Below are positions 1 through 10,252 of a stretch of DNA of 64,000 nucleotides, one piece after another. Source of the DNA: a virus (taxonomy: Duplodnaviria > Caudoviricetes); IMG/VR virus record IMGVR_UViG_3300037455_000173, positions 64,001-128,000 of that record. One strand, given 5' to 3'. The stretch's first letter is position 1. The number at the start of each line of letters is the position of its first letter. Both the position numbers and the translations under genes were made by a program. The notes under the pieces were generated by a model. That model made no database searches. It was not told the DNA's origin and was given only the letters and a program-made list of their open reading frames with translations.

Positions 1-55
1 TGTCGCCACAGCACGCACACTTCGGACGGATTGAAAGAAGATTACGATTAGCCAT
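1..55 (-). CDS. partial small Cys-rich (zinc-ribbon-like) early protein, runs off the window
   Basis: ATG at 55 behind an AGGAGGT RBS and a promoter copy; reads MANRNLLSIRPKCACCGD. Confidence 0.55.
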   Translation of the reverse strand, partial: MANRNLLSIRPKCACCGD

Positions 56-142
56 AATGTACCTCCTAGGTATGTTGAACATGGTTTACGTTTACTGTAC
101 CTATATTATAACATACCTTAGGTTGAGAAAAGAAGATGCCAC

Positions 143-580
143 TCAGATGAGCGGCATTCTCCACCAGGTTTTATAGTCGGTGTCGACCTTAATCTCTTCC
201 GGGACTGCCCCGCACGTGTCTAAGAAGTAGAACGCGAGCTGTGCTGCTTGCTGCATCACTGTCGGGTGCATTGAAGCTCCTATGACCCGCAGTTCGACTT
301 CCTTTAATGGTGCTGGGTCGTCGAGCCCTAACCCGTTTGCTATAATCTTCTTTGCCATGCGTATGCTGTCTTCGCACCTACCGTCTGGGTACCTCTGTAC
401 CATTGTCAGTACAAACGCTGTGAACAGCACGTAGGCTTCCTCTCCTACGCCTGCGTCTTCGAGCTGCTGTGCGTACTCTGGTACGTACTTTGAAAAGCTA
501 AAGCTGTTTGCCACGTTCTCCAACTCTTTTACTGCCAGGCTCCACGCTCTCTGCTTAAGCATTTCGATTACCTTTTCCAT
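143..580 (-). CDS. hypothetical early protein
   Basis: 145-aa ORF with AGGAGG RBS. Confidence 0.75.
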   Translation of the reverse strand: MEKVIEMLKQRAWSLAVKELENVANSFSFSKYVPEYAQQLEDAGVGEEAYVLFTAFVLTMVQRYPDGRCEDSIRMAKKIIANGLGLDDPAPLKEVELRVIGASMHPTVMQQAAQLAFYFLDTCGAVPEEIKVDTDYKTWWRMPLI

Positions 581-606
581 ATATCCTCCTTATGGGTAGG
601 GGCGTC

Positions 607-807
607 TTATTTCGACGCCCTAAGCATTTCCCTGTAGTCTACACACACTGTTCTACGCCAGAACTTACCTGCTTCGGTGTTCTCGTGTATCTTTGCCCAA
701 AGCTGTGGAAGTGTGTATCCGCAATCTGCTGCGTACTCTTCCACCTGGTACTTGACCGCTCTGTAAAGCTCAAGTCTCTGTGCCTTTGTCTTAAAAACAG
801 TATCCAT
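607..807 (-). CDS. hypothetical early protein
   Basis: ORF with AGGAGGT RBS directly after a promoter copy. Confidence 0.7.
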   Translation of the reverse strand: MDTVFKTKAQRLELYRAVKYQVEEYAADCGYTLPQLWAKIHENTEAGKFWRRTVCVDYREMLRASK

Positions 808-836
808 AAGCTACCTCCTATTTGGTCTGGGACTTG

Positions 837-884
837 TTTTATTGTATCTATATTATAACATATTTACGGTTGACTCACGAAGTT
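837..884 (-). promoter_or_regulatory. phage consensus promoter AACTTCG-N17-TGTTATAAT-ATAGRTACA (representative of ~30 copies)
   Basis: Same motif and spacing repeated upstream of RBS-bearing ORFs across the window. Confidence 0.85.
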
Positions 885-913
885 TCAAGTAGGGCGGTTC
901 CCCGCCCCAGGCC

Positions 914-1039
914 TTAGCCCTGCTTAACTCTTTCGAGTGCTTTATAGTAATCGGACTCGTAACCCACTGTGCGGTTTGGGTTATCTATGCTGTAAATTCT
1001 GTAGTAACCTGCGCTCGCGATGTACTCTAATCTTAACAT
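914..1039 (-). CDS. small hypothetical protein (41 aa, not in ORF track)
   Basis: MLRLEYIASAGYY...; AGGAGG RBS; followed by a hairpin. Confidence 0.55.
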   Translation of the reverse strand: MLRLEYIASAGYYRIYSIDNPNRTVGYESDYYKALERVKQG

Positions 1040-1205
1040 ATAAAACCCTCCTTACGGTCGCTGGGTTGGACAAGCATTGCTCCCACTACTGCGAGAACTC
1101 GGGTTGTGGTTGTTGTGACCTACGCTACAATGCAACCGTCTTATCCAACCCACTATTGTTTTTACTGTACCTATATTATAACATACGCTGGTGCCCTAAA
1201 CGAAG

Positions 1206-1382
1206 TTAGAGCTGTCCTAGCTTGGCAAACAAGTTCCAAGCTAAGTACACGGGTTGCGCCTCGGTGTTGTGGATGACTATGTCTATGTAGGATATGACCA
1301 GCCATGCTAGCCATATCGTCACCAACGTCCACCAAAGTCTGTCCCATCTGAACCGTCTCTTCTTTCTTTTGTTCTTTGCCAT
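1206..1382 (-). CDS. small membrane protein (58 aa)
   Basis: MAKNKRKKRRFRWDRLWWTLVTIWLAWLVISY...: basic N-terminus plus TM segment; RBS. Confidence 0.6.
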   Translation of the reverse strand: MAKNKRKKRRFRWDRLWWTLVTIWLAWLVISYIDIVIHNTEAQPVYLAWNLFAKLGQL

Positions 1383-1395
1383 GTCTGCCTCCTAC

Positions 1396-1467
1396 TTAAT
1401 AGGACTCCTTTGTAAAAAGGAGTGCGGGACCGATAACGACTGCCATTACACAAATAACTATACCCAT
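1396..1467 (-). CDS. hydrophobic micro-peptide (23 aa)
   Basis: MGIVICVMAVVIGPALLFTKESY; AGGAGG RBS, first ORF after a promoter. Confidence 0.45.
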   Translation of the reverse strand: MGIVICVMAVVIGPALLFTKESY

Positions 1468-1710
1468 AATACTTTCCTCCTAAGCCTAATGCTTTTGTCT
1501 GTGTGTTTTATTGTACCTATATTATAACACAGCTAGGTTAGGATTCCGAAGTTGGTTATAGCTTAATAATACCACAAACAAGGTGTGCATCTTAATACAC
1601 ACCTTTAGTTTGCTTATGGTTTGCTGTGGTTTTGCTTGAGGTAAACCCATACGATGTGTAATTACATTATTACACTACACCTCACGCATGCTGTAGCATG
1701 CTGTGTGGGC

Positions 1711-2235
1711 TTACAGGTTATGTTGCTCTTTAAAAGCATAGTAGTTCTGCCATGCTTTCCGAACTGCGTCTGCGGTAACCCCGTACTTATTGATGCTTAC
1801 CATCGCTTCGGAGTTTACCTTCTTCTGTACTCTGTTGTATCCGCCAAGCTTAGCAAGGAGTGCTATGCCCTTTCCTTCTGGTAGCTTATGAGCTCGAAGG
1901 TGTTCCTGCTCCGCCTTATTGTAGTATTCGGCAAAGAATGAAGCAGTTGCTTTAAGCTTGGCTAACACTTCTTCCGCGGTGTTCTCGGGCATCTTTTTAA
2001 TCTCTGCTAACCTGAAAGTGAACATTATTAAATCCGCGTCGATAGAGCTATGGGCATGCGGGAGCGGGCGAGAGCAGGAGTTTCGACGCTCCTGTCTCTC
2101 CTCTGCTTCCTCACGGTCTCTATCCAACCGCTCCTGTGCTTCCCTGTATGCCTTGGCATTGGCACGTGCCTGTATCTCAGCTAAACGCTCGGCATTGTGC
2201 ACGTCTTCGGGAGTCCACTGGAAACCGTTCGGCAT
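1711..2235 (-). CDS. hypothetical early protein
   Basis: 174-aa ORF, RBS. Confidence 0.75.
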   Translation of the reverse strand: MPNGFQWTPEDVHNAERLAEIQARANAKAYREAQERLDRDREEAEERQERRNSCSRPLPHAHSSIDADLIMFTFRLAEIKKMPENTAEEVLAKLKATASFFAEYYNKAEQEHLRAHKLPEGKGIALLAKLGGYNRVQKKVNSEAMVSINKYGVTADAVRKAWQNYYAFKEQHNL

Positions 2236-2236
2236 A

Positions 2237-2500
2237 TTAACCCTCCTTTAATTCGTACCAGTCCTGCTCAAAGCATCCGCCCTGGGTGTTGTGCTTGGCA
2301 TTGTTAAGAGCTGTTACCAGTCCCTTGCCAGACTTAGGCTCGGTGTTGACCTTACGACAGCCTGGGTAACCTGACCAGGACGCACCTGACTCGAGAGTGT
2401 ACCCGAACACTTCCTTAACCAGGTAATCCAAAGTGCCGGTGTACTCGTGTGCTCTGCCTCTGTGGTGGCATATGATTGTATACTCTTTCTTACCTGCCAT
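2237..2500 (-). CDS. hypothetical early protein
   Basis: ORF, RBS, promoter. Confidence 0.75.
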   Translation of the reverse strand: MAGKKEYTIICHHRGRAHEYTGTLDYLVKEVFGYTLESGASWSGYPGCRKVNTEPKSGKGLVTALNNAKHNTQGGCFEQDWYELKEG

Positions 2501-2597
2501 ATTACCTACCTCCTGTACCTTGTTCGCGGTTTGTTTTTACTGTACCTATATTATAACATAATCCGGGTACAGCAACGAAGTTAGTTCTCGACTACTA

Positions 2598-2840
2598 TCA
2601 CGCGTCATAGACCTGATGCATCGCATCGTTCAGGTCATTTAGGTACACTGGCTCACAGCCGCGCTTCGACAGCTGCTCAGAAAACCATTTATAGGCTTTC
2701 ATCTGCAGACGGTCATCACGCCAAGAATAATACCAGACACGGTGTTTGTATTCGTCAGGCTCGGTAGCACGGATATCCCGAAGTGTCATGGCAATCTCGT
2801 CCACTGATTTCCACTGACGTTTCTCAAGATTGATACCCAT
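2598..2840 (-). CDS. hypothetical early protein
   Basis: Start moved to MGINL, which is translationally coupled and has an RBS. Confidence 0.65.
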   Translation of the reverse strand: MGINLEKRQWKSVDEIAMTLRDIRATEPDEYKHRVWYYSWRDDRLQMKAYKWFSEQLSKRGCEPVYLNDLNDAMHQVYDA

Positions 2841-2842
2841 GA

Positions 2843-3175
2843 TTACACCCCCGTCTCTTCCTTGATGTAGCAGTATTCGACATTCCAATTAAGATGGCAG
2901 ACGTACTGCTCAAGGCGTATGCCTATGTCCTTACCGTCCAGACAGTCAGCAAAGATTGAATTACCTATGTTCGACGGAATGAAGAACTTGTTGTGGTTTG
3001 TGAACGCATAGCTACGCTCTTTTACGGTATACTCCTTACCGAAGGTATCCTGGGTGATTACAGCTACCATCGTACACGTCTGCGGTCCTCCGCCCTTAGT
3101 CGTGATGTTGTACCGCTCGTTGAATTCGGTGAGGTACTTAACTGCCTCGTTCCAGGTCATTCTAGTCTTATCCAT
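2843..3175 (-). CDS. hypothetical early protein
   Basis: Start moved to MDKTR (RBS). Confidence 0.7.
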   Translation of the reverse strand: MDKTRMTWNEAVKYLTEFNERYNITTKGGGPQTCTMVAVITQDTFGKEYTVKERSYAFTNHNKFFIPSNIGNSIFADCLDGKDIGIRLEQYVCHLNWNVEYCYIKEETGV

Positions 3176-3186
3176 ACCGTTCCTCC

Positions 3187-3363
3187 TTAACCTCCGCACA
3201 TGATGCGGTATCCGTTTCTGTTCTCTACGATTGTAAGGTCAAGAACCTCGTCGTCCCCAAAGTCTAAGGTCACATCGTGGTACTTGCCATCTTGTTCGTA
3301 ACCGGTCACCTTAAACTCTGCCGGGTAAATGTCCTTAAGGAAAGCAAACAAATCTTTCGGCAT
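3187..3363 (-). CDS. small acidic early protein
   Basis: Start moved to MPKDL (RBS after promoter). Confidence 0.65.
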   Translation of the reverse strand: MPKDLFAFLKDIYPAEFKVTGYEQDGKYHDVTLDFGDDEVLDLTIVENRNGYRIMCGG

Positions 3364-3454
3364 ACTCCTACCTCCTGTACTGTCTGGGACTTGTTTTATT
3401 GTACCTATATTATAACACGATGCACGCCTGGAACACGAAGTTGCCACATGAGAT

Positions 3455-3483
3455 AAAAAGAGCCCCAGCCTTTCGACTGGGGC
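3455..3483 (-). terminator. intrinsic terminator
   Basis: GCCCCAG hairpin followed by a U-tract on the minus strand. Confidence 0.65.
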
Positions 3484-3510
3484 AATATAAGGAGGTAGTA
3501 TCTATATAGA

Positions 3511-4065
3511 TTACTGGGCGTCTGCTACGTCGTAGGGGTCTGCTACTTCCTCTGCCTTAGGTGCTTCCTCTGCGGGAGCTTCGGGCTCTGGGTTGCCCCA
3601 TACACCTGATGTTACGCCTGCGTCTACCTGCTTGAGGAGGTCTGCCATATACTCGGCAAACAGTGCTACCCTGTCGGTTACCTCTACGTTGAAGGTCTTG
3701 GCATATCTTGCTGCGAAATCCGCGAATGTGCTTGCCATACCTCTTATCGGTGTGTTTGTCTCGACAAACTGTCTAATGTGACGAGCGTCTACCAGGTTGA
3801 TGAACTTATTGCTGGTTGCACCCTTGACTACTTCGCGAGGGTCTGCTCCTGCTGGAACTGTGATGTAGTCCCAGTACATAGCGTTGTACTTGTTACGAGT
3901 TGCGGTTATGAGGATAAGCTGGCGCTCCTCGTCTGCGGGCTTGATTACGTCGAGGAATCTAGGAAGTGTAGGAGCTGCAGGAGCCTCTGCTGTCTCTGGG
4001 ATGTCCTGGAGAACTACCTCTGTCTCGATAACCTCTGCCTGTGAATTAACATTCTTCTTAGCCAT
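3511..4065 (-). CDS. MAKKNV-family early protein, paralog 1
   Basis: Shares MAKKNV start, RGxAST and GxWxxPEPE motifs with 10253 and 15181. Confidence 0.8.
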   Translation of the reverse strand: MAKKNVNSQAEVIETEVVLQDIPETAEAPAAPTLPRFLDVIKPADEERQLILITATRNKYNAMYWDYITVPAGADPREVVKGATSNKFINLVDARHIRQFVETNTPIRGMASTFADFAARYAKTFNVEVTDRVALFAEYMADLLKQVDAGVTSGVWGNPEPEAPAEEAPKAEEVADPYDVADAQ

Positions 4066-4167
4066 AATATGTACCTCCTAAGTACTCTTAAAGTCTTGTC
4101 CTGTAAGGACGTGTTCGTTTTACTGTACCTATATTGTAACACACGCTGGTGTGTACAACGAAGTTTG

Positions 4168-4536
4168 TTATTTGGGACCTCTTCTGCTGAACCTGTCAAA
4201 GTCCCTACCTACCTGTCTGCTTGTCTCGTCACGCTGGTCGTCAAACATCTTGAGAATTACTTCCTGCACAATACGGCATATCTCAAGTGCTGTAGGCGTA
4301 TGCCCTAAGGCAGTTGCCAGGGCCTCTCGCCCAGGTATGTTACGTGTCACACCTGCTATCGTACAGCTCATCGAGGTGTCTGGCTTTTGCTCAAATAACA
4401 CCTGCTGCTTGTGCTGTTTGCTATACATATAATATGTAAGCGTACCGCGGTTGAAACCAGCTCTGTTAATTGTAAGCCCAAGCGTGTCCTCAAAGAACTG
4501 TTTAAGCTGTAAGTCCTGCTTGTTTATCTCACCCAC
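4168..4536 (-). CDS. hypothetical early protein
   Basis: GTG start with AGGAGGT RBS. Confidence 0.7.
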   Translation of the reverse strand: MGEINKQDLQLKQFFEDTLGLTINRAGFNRGTLTYYMYSKQHKQQVLFEQKPDTSMSCTIAGVTRNIPGREALATALGHTPTALEICRIVQEVILKMFDDQRDETSRQVGRDFDRFSRRGPK

Positions 4537-4803
4537 TGTCTACACCTCCTAGGACTTGTTTTACTGTACCATAAGTATAACACTTCGCGGTTTTAAAATA
4601 CGAAGTTCACGAACAGTAGCAGACTACACCGTTTACACGGTATTTATAGTAATGTAACTCCAATACAGTGCCGTAGCACGCTGGTGTTTGCTTGAGGTTT
4701 ATACACTACCTAGTGTAATTATACAATAAGCACAACCACGTGGTATACCACAGCATGCTGTGTCCGTGGTATTCACGGTGGATAGCGGGAGCTTCGAGTA
4801 AAA

Positions 4804-4852
4804 ATGTTAGATGTGTTAGATATGTTAGATGTGTTAGATATGTTAGATGTGT
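4804..4852. repeat. 9-bp tandem repeat (RTGTTAGAT) x5
   Basis: atgttagat gtgttagat atgttagat gtgttagat atgttagat. Confidence 0.9.
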
Positions 4853-4933
4853 GATATAACATAAATAGCATTTCTACTCGAAGCTCTACATAAATAAACA
4901 GGAGGGCTAACTTCGTGTTAGCCCTCCTTTGTA

Positions 4934-5368
4934 TTACTTGCCCATTACCTTTTTGTACACCTTGTCTACTTCGTTGTAGTCAAAGCTACCTCTTGTAAAC
5001 GTGTTAAACCTGTATGCTCTAAATTCGCCCTGCCCATGGGATTCGTCCCACATGTCTACTATTATATAGTTTCGTTTTCTCTGTCCTTCCCAACCTCCAC
5101 GTACTAAATAGCCTCCGTCCCAGTATATACAAGCGTCTGCCAGTGCCTCTCCCAGTTCCTGTTTAACATTAACCCAGCCTATAAGTTCGTAACCTGCGTT
5201 TCTAAACTCCTCCACCATCTGCTCGTCGTCTTTTCTCCACCTGTCGTCGTACTCTCCACCGTACTGTAATGCCATTTCTTCTAATGTCATTACGTTGTCC
5301 AAGTCAAAAAACCTGCCACTTATAACGCTCTTTGCTGTGTAACCCATCTCTGTAATCTTCTTTGCCAT
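4934..5368 (-). CDS. hypothetical early protein
   Basis: ORF, RBS, promoter, terminator. Confidence 0.75.
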   Translation of the reverse strand: MAKKITEMGYTAKSVISGRFFDLDNVMTLEEMALQYGGEYDDRWRKDDEQMVEEFRNAGYELIGWVNVKQELGEALADACIYWDGGYLVRGGWEGQRKRNYIIVDMWDESHGQGEFRAYRFNTFTRGSFDYNEVDKVYKKVMGK

Positions 5369-5649
5369 ACACGCTACCTCCTAAGTAACTTTACGCTGTT
5401 GTTCTAGTGTTTTATTGTACTTGTATTATAACATTTCCAGACGTAAAGCTCCGAAGTTTCACACCCTTGTTTGTATAGCGGAGCTTCGACGTTTTTCTAA
5501 AGATATGTTACAATCTTTACTGTAAACAGCACACGTAAAGATGGGTTTAGGTGCGCAAGTCGAAATTGATAAATTCGTTTAGCGCACCTAGCTATTATAT
5601 TATGTTACTGTAAACAGCACACGACGATAGGGCATAGCAGTTAAACCGA

Positions 5650-5988
5650 TTAAGTCCTACTTCTATGCTTAAGTCGAAACCTCGCAAGTAATCGTCTATA
5701 TCCACTAACGTCTGCGTCCTTAAACAGTTCAGGTTGTAAGAACGCTTCAGGTATGTCAACGTCGTCATGCTGTTGTTCGTCCTTCAGCACAAGCATGGGA
5801 ACAGAACCAATACGTCTTAACTCGTCAACCGTACCAACTACTTCAGGTAACCAATTAGCGTAGCACAGCAAATCTTGTGTGGATTGCCAGACGCGGTACA
5901 CCTGATTTAGCTTAGTAAGGTTTATCTTAAGGTCAGAGTTGCTGACGTATGTCCTACCCGTGCTATCAACTCGTAGTGAACACTTCAT
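5650..5988 (-). CDS. hypothetical protein
   Basis: ATGA overlap with the upstream gene. Confidence 0.65.
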   Translation of the reverse strand: MKCSLRVDSTGRTYVSNSDLKINLTKLNQVYRVWQSTQDLLCYANWLPEVVGTVDELRRIGSVPMLVLKDEQQHDDVDIPEAFLQPELFKDADVSGYRRLLARFRLKHRSRT

Positions 5989-6320
5989 ACGTCAGGCGGC
6001 AGTGCTTCAAACTGCTTCAGTATCTCATCAAAATCAATGCCAAACTCTTCCTCTGCGTGCTTTACAAGTTCGACTGCTTGATAAGGTTGTATCCACGGTG
6101 CTGATGACGGCATACTCAGCATTACCTTTAGGTCATCGAATAGCTTCTGCTGTCTTTGCTTTTTCCAACCCTGTCTTTGTTCTAGTGCATACATCACCAA
6201 TGCGATTCCCTGAATAGCTCCTTCCAGGGTAGCACATTGATAGCGCGAGTTAAACTCGTCTTCGAGCTGCTTAGTAGCCATTTTCTTAAGCTGGTCTACC
6301 GATTGTATTCTTGCTTTCAT
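5985..6320 (-). CDS. hypothetical protein
   Basis: ORF, RBS. Confidence 0.7.
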   Translation of the reverse strand: MKARIQSVDQLKKMATKQLEDEFNSRYQCATLEGAIQGIALVMYALEQRQGWKKQRQQKLFDDLKVMLSMPSSAPWIQPYQAVELVKHAEEEFGIDFDEILKQFEALPPDV

Positions 6321-6323
6321 CAA

Positions 6324-6650
6324 TTACCTCCTACACGGCCAGCCGATATTACTGAGGTAATTGGGAAGGTCCTTGAGAGTAACATAGCGTTTCTCCTCAC
6401 GGTAGAAATCGCACAGTTCCTCACCTGACTCACGCTCTGCTATGTAATGAACATAGACAGCCAGATGAGGGTCACCACAAGGGTCACGTCTGGGTGAAAC
6501 CTCACCCAGTGTTATCTTCCTGTAGTTCGAGATAGAGCCGACAGCTCCTTTATATGCTACGTCAGCAGTAGGCTTGTCAACGGCTTCTATTCCAGCCTTA
6601 GCCAGGAATGAGATTGTGTCTGCCACGAGTTTGAGCTGAGCCTTATCCAT
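6324..6650 (-). CDS. hypothetical early protein
   Basis: ORF, RBS, promoter. Confidence 0.7.
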   Translation of the reverse strand: MDKAQLKLVADTISFLAKAGIEAVDKPTADVAYKGAVGSISNYRKITLGEVSPRRDPCGDPHLAVYVHYIAERESGEELCDFYREEKRYVTLKDLPNYLSNIGWPCRR

Positions 6651-6740
6651 ACCAATACCTCCTAAGTAATGGGCTTGTGTTTTACTGTACCTATATTATA
6701 ACACATTACAGTGCGTGATACGAAGTTTCAAGATACACCC

Positions 6741-6878
6741 TTACCACCTAAGGGTGTATATCTGTCCGTCTGTGCCTTCTGCCTGCCAGGCTGTCGGGCC
6801 TATCGGCCATGCATTGACACATTCGATACCGTGCTCTTCCTTAAGGACTGCCAGAACATCCTGTCTAACGTCTTCCAT
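6741..6878 (-). CDS. small early protein (45 aa, not in ORF track)
   Basis: MEDVRQDVLAVLKEEHG...; own promoter and AGGAGGT RBS. Confidence 0.65.
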   Translation of the reverse strand: MEDVRQDVLAVLKEEHGIECVNAWPIGPTAWQAEGTDGQIYTLRW

Positions 6879-6956
6879 ACGCTACCTCCTAAGTACATCG
6901 GGGACTTGTTTTTTATTGTATCTATATTATAACACAGCTGAGCTTGGTAACCGAAG

Positions 6957-7349
6957 TTACCAAGGCTCGCTCTCGGAGATATCGTCGTCCCAGTACTCAG
7001 GGTTTATAAGCTCCTGCCCGAACATATTATACCACTGTCCGCACTTTGGACAAGGACAAGCACCCTGATACTGGTCGTACAACTCGACTTCCTCACCACA
7101 GCTACATATGCCACGAGCATTCTCGACGTATGTGTGCTCGTGCCTGGTAAATTCGTTGTAGGCTTCTGGGAACTTCTCCGGGTGTGCCATAGCCCACTTA
7201 TAGTTCTCGCGGGCTGCGTCTGTGGTAAGTTCGACATTACCAGCAGCGTCGCATGGGAATGTGAATCCGCCACATCCATCCTCGTAGGTAAACTCACGAC
7301 GATACGAGATTACGGTCTTCGGCTCTCTACATGCTGTAATTCTAAGCAT
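6957..7349 (-). CDS. zinc-ribbon protein
   Basis: CSCG...CPKCG motif. Confidence 0.7.
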   Translation of the reverse strand: MLRITACREPKTVISYRREFTYEDGCGGFTFPCDAAGNVELTTDAARENYKWAMAHPEKFPEAYNEFTRHEHTYVENARGICSCGEEVELYDQYQGACPCPKCGQWYNMFGQELINPEYWDDDISESEPW

Positions 7350-7364
7350 ACCTTACCTCCTATC

Positions 7365-7577
7365 TCAGAACGACAGGTCGTTCCACGCCAGTGCAGTTTC
7401 GTAGTTATGAAGAACATGCTTTCTAAATGTCTGACCATTGATGTCCTGCTGTACAGCTCTATGCCAAACTTCTGCCAGGTTAGCAGGCTCTGCGTAGCAC
7501 TTAGCTTCGTCTCTAGCCCACTGTTTGCAGGCTTTGTATAAAACTTCGGGGTTACCTATATCTCTCTTTTTACGCAT
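7365..7577 (-). CDS. hypothetical early protein
   Basis: ORF, RBS, promoter. Confidence 0.7.
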   Translation of the reverse strand: MRKKRDIGNPEVLYKACKQWARDEAKCYAEPANLAEVWHRAVQQDINGQTFRKHVLHNYETALAWNDLSF

Positions 7578-7948
7578 ACGTACCTCCTATTTGGTCTGGG
7601 ACTTGTTTTATTGTACCTATATTATAACATATTCAAGACAGCATTACGAAGTTTTCTAACACCAACTGCACCAGTATTGTGGTTTACACGAGTACATAGA
7701 GTTACAAAAGCACACAGCACGCTAACGCATGCTGTGGTTTTTACGTTGTTGATGTATAAGTATACACCATATACAACCACGTGGTATACCACGTTTTGCG
7801 AGGTGAAGGATTTCGCAACTGCGGTGATAGTGGTGACTTTTAGAGCTTCGAGTTCCCATCGCGAAATGTGTTATATAACATATTTCTCACATAGAACTCG
7901 AATGTGTGAACACCAGGAAGTTGGGGCTCTTTCGAGCCCCTGCGTGTA

Positions 7949-8431
7949 TTAGGATTTAAGGTACATATCTACATACCTGTTGAATTCGACTACGGTGAGG
8001 TCCTCGTTGGTACTTGCGTTGTACCCGTTTACCCAGTCTATCTCCCGTCCGTCTACTACCTGCTTAAGACGTTCGATACCTTCCTTATCGGCATCAAAAC
8101 AATCTCCTGTATGACCTTCGATGCCTTCCTTAATGTAGAAAAATGTCTTGTCCGCGCCTACAATTGGCTGTATAGTTACCCGGCTTCGAGTATACTCGCT
8201 CTCTGTGTCGTCGGGTTCTTCGTACTCCCCGTCTTCCATTCTGTATGCGTAAGACTTCCGGAATATTTCGATAGACTGCCCTCCCCAGTCCTCGTCATAA
8301 CCTGCCCCATCGTCATACCAGAACTCCTCCCATGCTTCTTCGACAGTCTCAGGGTCCTGATTGTACTTCTCGGCCAGCTCTTTAACGGTAGCTTCGAGCT
8401 TATCTAACCATCTACGCATTTCCTTTATCAC
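7949..8431 (-). CDS. very acidic hypothetical protein
   Basis: D/E-rich ORF; C-terminal DGREIDW resembles NGREIEW of the adjacent upstream gene. Confidence 0.7.
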   Translation of the reverse strand: MIKEMRRWLDKLEATVKELAEKYNQDPETVEEAWEEFWYDDGAGYDEDWGGQSIEIFRKSYAYRMEDGEYEEPDDTESEYTRSRVTIQPIVGADKTFFYIKEGIEGHTGDCFDADKEGIERLKQVVDGREIDWVNGYNASTNEDLTVVEFNRYVDMYLKS

Positions 8432-8712
8432 TCCGCATAGCCCTCCTTCTTACGCCAGTTCTCGTGCTCTTCGACGTCCTTATAATTCTTGACCATTGTC
8501 CTGAAAAAGCCTTCGGACACTTCTCGCTCCGCCCAGGCATTCTCACCTGGTAGCCATTCGATTTCCCTACCGTTGATGAACTTATACATCTCGGGTTTCT
8601 GCCATATGCCGAACCAACGGCATTCTGTGGCATGGTCTCCGTCCTTCGGAACTATCACACGGTATCCGTCACCACATATGTTCGCCTCTACAAGTACCAT
8701 TACCTTTGGCAT
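8428..8712 (-). CDS. hypothetical early protein
   Basis: Start moved to MPKVM (RBS after promoter). Confidence 0.65.
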   Translation of the reverse strand: MPKVMVLVEANICGDGYRVIVPKDGDHATECRWFGIWQKPEMYKFINGREIEWLPGENAWAEREVSEGFFRTMVKNYKDVEEHENWRKKEGYAE

Positions 8713-8785
8713 ACACATACCTCCTTGTGCTGGGCTTACGTTTACTGTACCTATATTATAACATAACATAAGCCCAGCAACGAAG

Positions 8786-9079
8786 TTATCTCCACCCGTA
8801 TGGGAATGTGTAGTCCACGCCGCGGCACATCTCCTTAATTCGTATCTGTTCGTAGTCCTTGATTCCTCCGTACCCAGACACGCCGCCCAACTGTCCAAGC
8901 TCCTTACACTGGCGAGCAAATTCGACATAGTCCTTATAGAACTGTCTGCGTGTTTCCTCTGGACAGTCCCAGAACTTGGTAGCTCGGTCCTGCTGGTACT
9001 TCGACACAGCGGCAAGGGCTATCTTATAGGTTAACCTGTCCTTCTTCGCGGCTTCGATAAACTCGTTAATAACTCCCAT
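8786..9079 (-). CDS. hypothetical protein
   Basis: ORF, RBS. Confidence 0.7.
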   Translation of the reverse strand: MGVINEFIEAAKKDRLTYKIALAAVSKYQQDRATKFWDCPEETRRQFYKDYVEFARQCKELGQLGGVSGYGGIKDYEQIRIKEMCRGVDYTFPYGWR

Positions 9080-9266
9080 TCTTTACCTCCTTTATTCGAT
9101 TGAGGAGCGTACGCATGGCTTCCATACACTCTTCCGGTTCTTCGGAGATATGGTCCAGTGGGCAGTTCTCACAGCCCACTGTATCGCATAAGTCCCCTGT
9201 TATAACGTCCTTGTTTACTTCGACGCACAGCTCGAGGAACTGGTTGAACCTTTCTAAAGTTACCAT
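9066..9266 (-). CDS. small Cys-rich protein
   Basis: CxxxxCxxCP motif; RBS. Confidence 0.6.
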   Translation of the reverse strand: MVTLERFNQFLELCVEVNKDVITGDLCDTVGCENCPLDHISEEPEECMEAMRTLLNRIKEVKNGSY

Positions 9267-9267
9267 A

Positions 9268-9639
9268 TTAGTCCTCCTTCCTCTCGGGTCCTTCTTCGAT
9301 GATTACGATATGAGCCAGGTCACAGATTATCTCTGTTGCTCTGCGTATAAAGTCGGCGTAGTCTTCCTCTTCGATTGCTGCCTCCAGCATACGTTCTGTC
9401 TCTGTTTCGAAATCGTAACTGCTTATCCACCTACCGTCTCTGTAGACATCGACTGAACCCATACCGCACTGGGTACTGGGAACAAGCTCTATGCCCCACT
9501 TCTCTTCGAACAGTGAGTACACATCGCACATGAGGTCCTCCTCATAGTAGGTATCCTCTTCTTCGGGAAGGTTACTAATACCATACTTGATAAGGGCATC
9601 CTTAAAATCTAAGAAACGGTCACCTTTTTTGTTATCCAT
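9268..9639 (-). CDS. acidic hypothetical early protein
   Basis: ORF, RBS, promoter. Confidence 0.7.
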   Translation of the reverse strand: MDNKKGDRFLDFKDALIKYGISNLPEEEDTYYEEDLMCDVYSLFEEKWGIELVPSTQCGMGSVDVYRDGRWISSYDFETETERMLEAAIEEEDYADFIRRATEIICDLAHIVIIEEGPERKED

Positions 9640-9944
9640 ACGCTACCTCCTAAGTACATCGGGTTTGTTGTTTACGTTTACTGTATCTATATTATAACAT
9701 ACTACAGGTTCACTTCCGAAGTTTGTAAAACCATTGTAGTGGTTACACAGGTGTACAGTATACACAGCACACCACGCACGCTAACGCATATTAATGGTTT
9801 ACGTATGTAGGTGTATAACTATACACTAAAAATACCACACGGTTTGCGTGTGGTTTGCTACGTGTGGTTTTGTGTATTATTAATCAGAACTGCGGTGAGA
9901 ACTCGAAGTGTGATAGTTGAAAAGGTAAGGGCTCTTTCGAGCCC

Positions 9945-10139
9945 TTATTCTGCCTTCTCCTTCGAGTGCTTCTTCCACGACTTGCCAAGGTCTTTAAGCT
10001 CGTTGGTGTAGTGGTTGAAGAGGTAATGATTACCTGACGTGTCTTCGACTGCTATGCCGCTGTATACTGCGGTCATCTGCTTTATGAGTCGAGCCTGAGG
10101 CCACACCTTAAGTAATGCTTCTATATCCTGTTTCCACAT
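9945..10139 (-). CDS. small early protein
   Basis: Own promoter, RBS, terminator hairpin. Confidence 0.7.
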   Translation of the reverse strand: MWKQDIEALLKVWPQARLIKQMTAVYSGIAVEDTSGNHYLFNHYTNELKDLGKSWKKHSKEKAE

Positions 10140-10252
10140 ACGCTACCTCCTTGTAGTTACCGGGTTTACGTTTACTGTACCTATATTATAACATACCTGA
10201 GGTTGGTCTGCGAAGTTTCAAGGGTAAGGGGCTTGCGCCCCTTACTGTTTAC